A stretch of 37,581 nt of DNA from assembly GCA_023334545.1 (NCBI GenBank), contig JAADVB010000188.1:1-37581 (forward strand), given 5' to 3'. The notes under the pieces were generated by a model that was not told the DNA's origin, did not search any database, and saw only the letters and a program-made list of their open reading frames with translations. Positions 9,731-20,102 of the stretch are shown here, piece after piece. The number at the start of each line of letters is the position of its first letter. Positions within the stretch are counted from its first letter, which is position 1. The position numbers were made by a program, and so were the translations under genes. Origin of the DNA: Salisapilia sapeloensis CBS 127946. Its lineage: Eukaryota > Protista > Oomycota.

Positions 9731-12401
9731 ATGAAGGGAGACGCCAAGGCGCTCGAGATCATACGCCAGCATATTCGGTAGCGCCTTGCCACATTTTCCC
9801 TTTTACACATCACATTCGTTAAAGTTTTGTTAGGAACGTGGTAGTGGGAGAGCAGCAGCAATGGATAGAGTCCTGGCGTGGTGTATCAACCACTTCTTCT
9901 GGACTTGTGCCAATTAACACATTCTTCACAACGTTAGAAAATAATAAAGTCTATCTTCCGAAGGAAGCCGTTTTAGTGCTTATGCAAGCTTTCCAGGTGC
10001 CAGATGAAAGGCATATACGACTCCCAAAGTTTTTGCATTGGACTCAGCTAGAGCCTCCTCCTGACTACGTCGACCCTGAAGCCTTCCAAACAAAACTTCC
10101 ACAGCCTCAGCGACGAGTATGCAAGATACTTCAAGAAGATGTACTTGATAGAGTGTATGAGCAGTTGTTCTCGGGCGAATCGTTGCATCAATCAAGCGAA
10201 AATCGAGCTTTCCAGAACCCCTTCACCCCTTCTCCTGAATCACTTCTCTATAGCGTCTACGACGACAGCTCCCATATCCAATCTTTCATGCATTCCACTT
10301 GTCCCATCTATCCCTGGAGGTTATCTGTTGCTTCCGATGATCAAGCAAATCTGAGTGTCCATGTTGTGCATGACACCACACACGAAGGGCAAACATCTTT
10401 TGCCATTGAGTACGACAAGACAGAGGATATTGAAGAAGGCGGATATGCTACGAGAGATGTCGAGGTAATAGAAACAACGCCAATTTATTACCGTAGTGTG
10501 AATGCCACGTGCTGCTTTGGAGTGTACTACAAATATGTCACGAAAGTATACCCTCCACTCCCGGAAGAAAAAGAGGAAGAAGGTAATGAAGAGGAGAAAG
10601 AAGTGGAGGAGACGAAGTCCAATGAAAACACAGAGTCAGCGACAAATGCTGTCGCTCAAGACCAAGATGATCCAAACGATCCAACGGAAGCAGAGCAGGT
10701 TGAAGGACAAGATGATGCTATCGATACAGAGGTTCCGAAAGAGGAGCTTGAGCCAAGTGCTGTATTGACCAGCTATCACCTTCGTGTCTATAAAATTGTA
10801 AAAGCTCTTGAGCCAGAAGTGGAACATACAGGGGAGGAAGCGGACAATATAAAGGAAGAAGCTCATACTGAGAAAACTGAAGAAGCAGGGCAAGAGGAAG
10901 AGGAAATGCGTTTACCGTATACTGCTAATTGTATCTTGCACTTCGACAAACCAGAAACGATGGTTATACATTCGCTAGAGATCTCTGTCGACGGTACCTA
11001 CCTGGCAATCAACTATCAAGATGAAGAGATGCACCAATTTCGCATCTTCCAACTATCCAATCCATCGGAGGAAACTACTTCGACTAGTCTCGATTCACTC
11101 AGTCCGTTGATGAGCCTTCCCCTTGTACAACCCAAAGATGAAGTGGAAGCGTACAACAAGATGCACTTCTTGACATGCCCACGAATTCTAACAAAAGAGA
11201 TTAAAGAAGAGCTGTACACTCCGAGCGACGAACGACGTCTCTGCCGACGAGTTGATGCTGTCATACTCTGCAGTGGGCATCAAATCTCCAAGTATTTTAT
11301 CTCTTCTGATGGAGAAACGGATCCAAAAAAGCAATGGCAACAACTCGAATATATAACGGCATCTGCTGTGTCAGAGTCGACTAATTTCCTAGCTGTGAGT
11401 ACGACCAATGGGTCTGTGATCGTCTGGAATATAGTGGATGAGATTCTGTATAGCTACATGCCTCCAGTACCGTTCAGCCCAAACTCTTTGCTCGAACGAC
11501 CATCAGATCACAACGTCATCGATACCATCACACTAGTCGAAAGCAATGCAGAGCTGTACCTCACAGCGCTCTCGACTAAAGGACAAAGGCTTCACTTTTA
11601 TAATGTTAAAGACGCCAAGCCAGCAATGCTCATCCGATCAGTTTCTACAGCAGAAACCACATCTAATGCTTCCAACCAGAGCCAACTGCTTCCGAGCATG
11701 GAAGCACTTGTAATCCCATTTCCTGCAGTTATGAACCTTCCACTGGTAATTGTAAGCTACAATAACGGTCATCTTCTTCTCTACGACACTCGGACTGGAG
11801 ATGCCATTGGAAGCATTCACATTGGGTCGATAGTGCTCCTAAAAGATGAAAACACCCCGAATGGTGACTTCACACTAGCGTCCAGTCAATCGACGGAGCA
11901 CTTGTCCATGTTTATTGCTTTTTCCCATTCTGAAATGAATCGAAATGCGGCAATTATCATCAATTGGGCAGATCTTCTTCCATCATGCTTTCCGCACTGG
12001 GAACAACGCGTAAGTTGAGTCTACATAGTATCCTCTTCAAAAAGCTAATGCGACGTTCTATGCTGCAGACATCCCAAGAGCTGACACAGAGACTATTGGA
12101 CACGGACACTAGAGTACGAACGGATACAAAGCCCATCACAGTCCAAGACTGGCTAGAAAAGGCCTCTGGCAAAAAGATGACCACGCCTACCTTCGCCAAA
12201 GACCACACACCACCAAACACCCAACTTGCATCCAATTCTCTTTCGTCTCTCCAACACGAAGGCATTCCCTATCGAGTCGACCTCGCGTCCTACCTGGACG
12301 AGTATGAACAGCAAGTCAAAGATCAAGTCACTGTTAGCTCATCTATTCCGAAACTCCATCGCCAGCGCAAAGACCTACTCCAGATATTCGCATCCTTCTA
12401 G
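9731..12401 (+). CDS. WDR93: WD40-repeat protein 93-like (CFAP297, cilia/flagella-associated), 851 aa, 3 exons
   Basis: Exons 9731-9777, 9834-12009 and 12069-12401 (56- and 59-nt introns, frames consistent). DPEAFQTKLPQPQRRVCKIL resembles the WDR93 LPQPYRMINKL signature. Degenerate WD repeats (ITASAVS..LAVSTTNGSVIVWN; SYNNGHLLLYD). Acidic low-complexity insert. Confidence 0.7.
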
Positions 12402-12417
12402 AGCCAAATAACACATA

Positions 12418-14831
12418 CTACTCTTCTAAACGCTTGCCTTGCACCAACAGCGTCGCCAACGTCCCGCCAGACTTCCACGCTTTTGTAGCCTTCAGTGGAC
12501 CTCTCGGCAGCTTCCGATACGTCGCTACCTTGTCCTTTTCCACCCTCGACACCAGTCCTTCCGCCACCAGTTTGCTCAGCGCAGACGCCACCACCGCCAG
12601 AGACACCACGTCCGTCGTCTCCTCCTTTTGCACCGCGTCCGTCAGCTCTAACATCGACCTCTCCCTCTTGACCTCCACCTTGTCCATCAAGAGCACCGCC
12701 ACTCGCTGTATCAGCTGTTCATCCAGACCGTCCATACTCTTAGGTTTCGACAACGGCGCGTCCTTGGCTCGAGGCATCGTCTGGTTCTGCAGCAGCGTCT
12801 GGTCGTTGCTCTGGTACATGTAGCTATGTCGATACATGTCGTCTCGCCAGTACGTCCGTCCTTCGTACTTAAAGTAGAGAGAGCTCGACTCAGCCGTATA
12901 CGTCTTCCGCAAGTGTCCCGTATGGCCAAACAAGAGCTCCGTGTACGTCAGCTTCCCCTTCTTTCCTCGTCCCATGCCAGCCACATTCGCATTGTAAAAG
13001 TAGTTCTGTCGAGGCACTTTGGCAGCCTCGGCTTCATTATCCGCTTCCTCCGGAATGCTGCAGTCGGCGTGCTTCGGGTCCCAGTGATTGAGACTGCAGT
13101 ACCACTTGTCCGGAAGCGTCGCGCTCTTTACGTGTGCTGGTAGCTTCCGCCACTTGTTGCACTTTTCACATTGAGCCCACTCGAGGACGACGCCTTTGCC
13201 TGCTTGTACCCACGGGTTCTCTGTCGGAGGCTTCTCCTCTGGTTTTGGTTTTTTCGCAGGACGCTTGGGCTGCGACTTCTTGAGCTCCGCTACGACTTCC
13301 GGAGGGTTTTCCACATTGCAGTCAGCCAGTTCCGGTGACCACGTGTTCTGCTTGCACGTCCAGACGTCTGGGAGGGTCGTCATGTCGACTTCAGGAGGCA
13401 CCACGCGCCACTTTTGACACGAAGAAGAGTCGCATTGGACCCATCGGAGCTCTGCATTCTCCTTCTTGCTCGCCTTGCGCTTCTTTGGCTCCGTCGGTTT
13501 CCCCACTTTCTTCGTGTTCTTTTCCTTGGACGTGTTCTCGACGAACGCACGTGGACTCTCGACCGACTCGTCCACCTCTTGCTCTGGTGCAGTACAAGAC
13601 GCTCGGTCCGGATCCCAGTGGTTCATGGTGCAGTACCATTCGTCCGGAAGCGACTCGAGGTCCACGTGCTGGGCGACCGTCCGCCACTTTTTGCATGCGT
13701 CACACTGGACCCACTTGGAGTCATCCTCGTCACTCGATCCGCTGTCCTTGTCGCTGTCCTTCGCGCGCTCCGCCTCTTCCTTCGGTGCCTCTGGTTCATC
13801 ATCCGACTGTCCCAACGCTTCTTCCAGTCGCTTTCGGATGGTGGCAGGGTCTGTCGGGTTGTCCTCCACAGACGACGTCATGGAAACGTCCAGAGGATTG
13901 TCTCCTCCCTTCTCGTCATCTGTCGACTCGGCAATGATGTTGGTCGCGTGTGACCTCTTCTTGGTTCTCCTCTTCTTGTGCTTGGACTTTTTCACATGCT
14001 TCTTGTCACTCGCGTGTCGCTTGTGCTTTGTCAACGACTCCTCTTCTTTCGTCGTCACCTCCGACTCGACTGGAGCTGGATTGGACGCGTGCTTGAGACA
14101 GAGGATGCGATGTCCAGGCAGTTCCTCGACGTTCGAAGGTAGACACTGTGTGTGGTACGCCACAGGGCAGCGCACACACCAGAGGGACTGGACAGAGTCT
14201 TTCGAAGTTCCAGACTGTTCACATGCAGCACACGTGTGGAGCTACGAGCAAAGTGAATATGAGATAAAGACGATTGTAAGAATATGATGGATAGACGTAC
14301 GGGGCAGATAAAGTGTGTACCAGAGATGCGTGCTAGTGGAAGTGTCGAGATGCACTCTCGATGGTAAAACTTCCCACAAGACCTCGCTCGACACTTGCGC
14401 ACGACCTCCTTCCCCTTCATGTCTGCATAACTATGGTCCGACTCGGACTTTTCGCTGTCCGCAACCTTCCCTCGCTCCTTGCAGTGGAAACACACGTGCG
14501 AGTTGCTTCGACAGTCCGAGCACTTCCACATCGTCGCTTCATCTCCCTTTCGATCCTTTTTATTTGAAGTATCGACGCAAGAAGCATGAAAGGTAGCTCC
14601 ACACGGACCGCTGCACACTAGTATAGACTCATTGGCAGGGTCTGCTGCGCGTTCACACGCGACGCAGATCTGGACATCCCTATTCGCACGGGGAGTCGTT
14701 GGCTGTGGCGTCACGGACGCTTTACTCTTCGACTTAAGCTTCAGCAGCTTTGTCCTGTCGAACTTCGAGATGAGCACCGTGTCCGAGCTGGAAGTCGAGC
14801 TGCTGCTCTCGTCACTTGAGCTGTCTGCCAT
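12418..14831 (-). CDS. Chromatin reader with NSD-type PHD fingers and three CW zinc fingers, no SET domain, 784 aa, 2 exons
   Basis: Exons 14831-14301 and 14241-12418; 59-nt intron restores HFICP-LHTCAAC..WCVRCPVAYH..C. PHD motifs ICVAC..CSGPC..FHASC and CGKFYHREC. CW motifs WVQCDACKKWR, WVQCDSSSCQKWR and WAQCEKCNKWR, each followed by LP..W.C..N.W. Confidence 0.9.
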
Positions 14832-15195
14832 ACCTTTGAAACTCTTGGTGACTGATTGGAGACAAGAAGTCGTAATAAACGGTACTAGAAGAATTTCCTG
14901 GCTTATATGACCCTAGCAGAGAGATAAAGCTTCCGAATGTACGCGCAGGTAGCCCCGACTTTCCCACACAGCGCACAGCAGTCGAGAGACTCGCGGTTCT
15001 CAACTCAAATACCGACGAACCTGCCCTACTTAGTACCCGACTAAATTAATATCCTGTGGTTTTTAATCGGATGTAGATCCACCTATGAATTAAATTCCAC
15101 AGGTTCTACCTGTATGCTGTGTACAAATACTTGTTTCTAACGGATTAATAACATATCCTAAGCATGCCAACCGACTGCAACGAAACTTCAAGTTC

Positions 15196-17941
15196 CTAGC
15201 GAGATGTCTTCATCGGTAGCTGCCGCCGGTAGAAACCAATGAAGTCTACTGTCGACTCAATCTCACTCTTGACTGTAGGCACGCATTGCTCGATGGCATC
15301 GAAATCGCCGACGTTCACGTTAGCGATATCGTACAGCATCTGAGTGGCTGCGACTTGTAACCTCCTCGCGCCAACGAACTCAGCGGACCTGGCAAGGAAA
15401 TCGAGTGTCGCGACAAGAAGAGTTCTGTCTTGACGTTCTTCGGCGTGTACAATTCTCCTCATCACTTCAGTCTCGAGAATCGCGACGAATCCATCGAGCA
15501 TATCGCGCGTTGCGCCACAGCTTTTCAAGTACATGCGCTCGACAGTTCTAGTATCGATAGGAACAAGAGCATCCACCTCTTGTGGTGTCGGCAACAGTCT
15601 ACCAGTCACCAATGACTTTTTCTTTTGCACCTTTATCTCTTCCTGCGCCAATTCCTCTACTGGTTGATCTAAGACCATTGCTACCGGAACCTCTGGAGGT
15701 TTCTGCGTGTACAGTTCACTCCGAAGTTTCTGGAAGTGACTCCCAATACCGTGCTGGCGCCCCTTTTGACCGCCGAATTCTTTTGTAAGTAGTCCAATAT
15801 GCTTGAATTTATCGCGGAATTTGGCAGCGACTGGCGATAATTTTGCAGACGCTTCCTCTGCTGCCTTGAGCTCTTGTCTCTCAACATACTCAATGTTGGA
15901 CTGCATGCGCTTGTCCTGTTGCAGCAAAAGATCTATCATGCGATTCTGACTCGAGACACCCTCATCGCTACTCAATTGCAGCGATGCCATGGAAGCTGTT
16001 GGCAAGTAGCTACCATTTCGATCATTCATTTTGGACCTCGATGGAGCTTGAAGAGATGATAGAATATCCGATTTAGTTTGACTACTTCTTCGACCTAAAA
16101 GTTTATTCTGGCCTCTTTCAGCAGCCTGCTTGAATTTATGATTCTTTATGTCTTCCTCTAGTGTGTAAAGTACCTGCTTGGTTTGAGTGCATAGGTTGTA
16201 GTGTATCGTAGAGGACTGGCAAAGACTGCATCCTTCCTCGCAGTGAGGAGCTGCATTTTTCATGGTGCTCTGCGTGCTGTTCTTTACCATGCGTCCATCT
16301 GACACGACTCGTACTAAGGGCTTCAGCTGGCCTTCAGAACGACTTTGCGTAAGGGTAGAAATTGGTTCTTCAGAAGGTGAGGTGGACAGCTTGACTGCGT
16401 CGCGCATATGTGGTGTAATATGATGACGCTGTCCTCGACTAGCAAGTTGCCACTGCGCACGTTCTTGCTTTTGCTTTCGGTATTCATCGCCTTTCATGGT
16501 AGTAGACGATGGAAACTTCGACCCAGCTTTTTCGACTCGACTCTTTTGGGATCGTTTTAATTGATGCTTGGCTTTAAGAAGCACCTTTTCCATTTGCTGC
16601 TGAGCAAATGATAGTCCAGTGGATCCATTGCTAGAGTCCAGTAAGCGAAGTTGCCATGCCGCTCTGCGTTCGACCACATACTTTTCCAAATGACGTTCAC
16701 TATTGCTGCTATTGTGCATGGTATCAGAGTCCTTGCGTGGTAACTGACGAAGAACGGCTGTCTGGGCTTCAACGTCAGCGCTGATGTAGAACCAGTCTTG
16801 CTCCAGATATACTTCATCATCGTTGTAGACAAAATCCTACAGCATACGCATAAGCCTCATCAAGACATTACCATTCAGTTTGTATTTAATCACGCACATA
16901 TGGATGCTGTTGCTGGTGTGTGTAGAGCGCTGACCGTATAACCCATTTGCCCAGTGATCGCGCCGATTTGTTCCTTACCCGCAGTTGGAGATCTTCCCCC
17001 TCCGTGTCCGTGCCATCTTCCCTCATCTACACCAACGTTAGCGTCACGCGTATGGGATAGAAAGTAATCTGTAAGACCTTGGGCAAGTAAGCTTTCACGG
17101 GGATCGGAGTGCCCACTGAGTCTGGAGTGTCAAAATCATTGCGAATACTGTCGTAGTCATCTCTCATCAAAGATAAAGCAGACAGCTTTGGTGCGTCTCG
17201 CACTTTTGCTCCTATGACACCGCCACTCTCCCAGCTAGTTTCTCCGTTTCCGCTGCTAATCTGTATCCAGACCGAATCACCATAGCAAACAGGTCTTGCG
17301 CTCCTAAGATCGTTCAAATCAACAATCGAGAAGATGGCTTGGTCTCGGTAGCTATTTGCCAACTGTGGACGCTGCGCCATTGCAGAAAGGCTCAATACTC
17401 TCGAGACACCGTCCGGACTACCAACCGTCAGGAAGTGGCCATTGTACAACTCCAGAGCGATATTTGATCCATAATACAGTCGAGCTTTCTGTGTGGATAT
17501 ATCACGTTTTAAGCGCTCGGGATCGGACATCGTCAATGGCATAGGTGCATTGTTGACATATGTGGACACGGGACTAATGCTTCCTTCGCTCAATGATGAT
17601 GAAAGGGTCTGGATACGCTTGATCACTTCACTCGGATTGGGGGATACACGTTTTGTTGGCGATTGTTGCTTCTCCACTAGCCTCTTCGGCAGCGAAGAAG
17701 ACGCTTTATCCATTTCACGTTGATCATTGCGAGTAGATGGAGCTGCCTCTGCTACAGGATTTTCCTCCATCGTCATAATCTCTTCGTTTCCAGAAGAAGC
17801 TTTTCTGTTAAGCAGGCTTGTATTTATTCCCCCATCGTCGTCAGGTTTATCTTTATCCACTTGGCCTCGATCCTTCAAATGTTGTGAGGATGGAGTCATA
17901 CTGTCATTCGCCTTTAGAGAGTCCCTGTTGATAGCATTCAT
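15196..17941 (-). CDS. Uncharacterised protein with N-terminal beta-trefoil/MIR-like module and C-terminal HPt-like domain, about 877 aa, 3 exons
   Basis: Joins ORFs 17027-17941 and 15196-16719. Exons 17941-17078, 17026-16898 and 16836-15196 (51-nt intron with GCTAAC branch site; 61-nt intron). Read-through is ..AYLPK-MREDG..HPY-DFVYNDDEVYLEQDWFYI..DTMHNSS. The 5' end may extend further upstream. Confidence 0.7.
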
Positions 17942-18654
17942 ATAAATACAAAGATAAAAGATGTACTAGTGGAGATGTAACCTCACATATATTGCCAAAC
18001 GTTAGACGTCCGTCCAAACGTATGATTTTTCTTCGAAGAGCTCGGGAACGTCATTGTGTCTTTTGACGTGGGGATCTCCACGGTCACGTATGAGCAAGTG
18101 CCTCTGGTGTACTTTTGAGGGTGTCACTTGCATAAATCTAATATTAGGTCATGAGTCACGACCTATTCATCGGTCAAAGGCGTTGTTTCTCGCGTGGCTT
18201 TATAATGCTGCGTCAGAGAAGTCAAGTTGTGTTCAGCAAGTTCTACGATGGATGAAATGGTTTAACTATATCTATACTTTGGTTATTATTCGCTGCAAGT
18301 CTAGCCTCGTGTAGCAACGCTCATTGAGACAGAATACTATAAAAGAGTCATAATTTTCTTCAACGACGATAGATGTCTCTCTCGAGGAGCACTGGGTATT
18401 CTGAGCTGAAAATATACATTTTACGCAATCTAATTTGACCTCAAGAAGCTCATGGTGGTATCTTTGAGGTGTATTTGTAGCATGATTCCCCATAATTTCT
18501 TGCAAACAAGTGGTACTCGTACATTCTGAACACAAAGTCGAAGGTAACGAATGAGATGGAGGTTTTCAGGATGCATTTATGTAGTATTTACAGTACGATT
18601 TTAATTTTTGACGACATCAACCACGGCGAGGTATGTTTCTTTCCGCGCTCGCGT

Positions 18655-19089
18655 CTATTGGCGCAGAGCACATGCAGATTGTGCTTCCATCCACTCCTTC
18701 CCAATAAACTCAGTAGCACTAAAGGACGGGTCATCGATATCAACACCCGTCATGCGGTCCAGCACCTTGCGATATTGCAGTGCTTTCTTCGCCAGCAGAG
18801 CCGACGTTTTGGAACTTGAAGAGCTCGTGGCGTCTTCAATCAGCCTCTGGACGTTGGCTTGTGACCGCTCTCGCACAAAGTCGTTGCGATACCAGATTCC
18901 AGCTCGACGACACCTTTCGTCGTCGTCCAAGTTCGTGCTCGAGAGCTCGGCACTATGTGCTCGTCGAGTCCGTCCAATACGTTTCTTGAACTGGGGTTGG
19001 AGCGTGTACTTGCCTTCTGGTATAGTGAGAGACCTCTTGGTCTTCGTTGGTGCCGGCATGTTCAGCGTCGCATCGGCTTGGTTTGGCAT
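18655..19089 (-). CDS. Hypothetical basic protein, 144 aa
   Basis: ATG at 19089 (MPNQAD..) lies 28 nt downstream of an Inr+FPR motif; the ORF is open to TAG at 18655. No recognisable family motif. Confidence 0.6.
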   Translation of the reverse strand: MPNQADATLNMPAPTKTKRSLTIPEGKYTLQPQFKKRIGRTRRAHSAELSSTNLDDDERCRRAGIWYRNDFVRERSQANVQRLIEDATSSSSSKTSALLAKKALQYRKVLDRMTGVDIDDPSFSATEFIGKEWMEAQSACALRQ

Positions 19090-19116
19090 CTTTATCACGA
19101 TTGCAAGGGTCTCTGC

Positions 19117-19132
19117 AAATTTAAAAATGAGC
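19117..19132 (-). promoter_or_regulatory. Oomycete-type Inr+FPR core promoter element
   Basis: GCTCATTTTTAAATTT on the minus strand, 1 mismatch to GCTCATTYYNCAWTTT, upstream of ATG 19089. Confidence 0.65.
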
Positions 19133-19616
19133 CTGGTAGGAGTTTGGGAGTTGGCAGAAACATTGCAGATGCGCTGAAACGGGAAGAGCAGATGAGACGT
19201 AACCAACTTACAGAAAAGAAGTCATTTTAAACTCCAGGATACGAGTTCAAGTCTAGTGGAGCCGTTTAGAATAGGTTTTGTCTCATGCCGTGACTTGGTG
19301 GCATGTTATTTGTACAATGTCAAATCTGGAGGAGATCGGTCCTTGAGCGAGTCGAGATCTGTGTTTGATATCGGTGAATCCTACATCAGAGCCTTTCGAG
19401 CCATCTTCGAAAAGAAGAAAAAGTGTCCTGCTATTTAACAGATGGAGCAAAATTGACCACACCATTGCTCTAAGTTGTGCAGTCAGACGTGAGTCCAGGT
19501 GACGTCGTACTGTAGATGCAAGCGTGCAATCGCTCGCACGTGCGAAAGCCTCTTACTTGGCGCATTATGACCCTCCATCATCCATTATCTTCAATGTGTA
19601 TCTTGGTGTTTAGTGC

Positions 19617-19897
19617 CTAGCTACGTAGTCGGTCCATGCGCAGTAGGGCTCGTAGCAGGGACCACCGGTCACCTTCCTCCATCCCACACTGCTCTCCATA
19701 GTTTCGATGGATCTGGCAGCGAAAAAACGGACATAGTGTTTGCAGATCTTCCGGACCTAGATTATAAAGCGCTCTAGCAGACGAAGCGTTCGATATGCGA
19801 GCAGCCTGCGCGTGTTCCAGCAAGCATGCTCGGAATGGGTAAAGATGGCCAAGATACGCTTTTACCAGTTTACAAGATACGCATCTATCTTCCCGCA
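19617..19897 (-). CDS. Putative terminal exon of an XPA-core-like protein (5' exon not resolved)
   Basis: Acceptor CACTTAG ends at 19898. Translation CVSC..AYLGHLYPFRAC..ISNASSARALYNLGPEDL resembles the XPA Zn-finger/DNA-binding core. No in-frame ATG was found. Confidence 0.35.
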
Positions 19898-20102
19898 CTA
19901 AGTGATGGATCTCATTGCGACTCGTGCTTTTAATGCCTCAACGATTGAATGCGGAAGAGAGGAATTTGATTGAAGAGAGCCTTGGTCACTTGTAGTATTC
20001 TCGTCGCTCAAGTATCATAACTCCATGTGTCTCGGCAGTTTCATTTTCGTTTCCATTCTCCCAGTTATCCTTTGCTCATCAACGCTCGTCTGCCTAACAA
20101 AG

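Noticed and set aside
13335-14287. Long plus-strand ORFs (200-273 aa) antisense to the PHD/CW gene, and similar ones opposite the SMase, PERK and myotubularin genes
   Set aside because: Shadow ORFs of GC-rich or low-complexity coding sequence; the translations are S/L/F-rich with no domain motifs.
15196-17941. Two separate genes, as suggested by the ORF track (507 aa and 304 aa)
   Set aside because: Two canonical introns join them in frame through a 43-codon exon, so I treated them as one gene.
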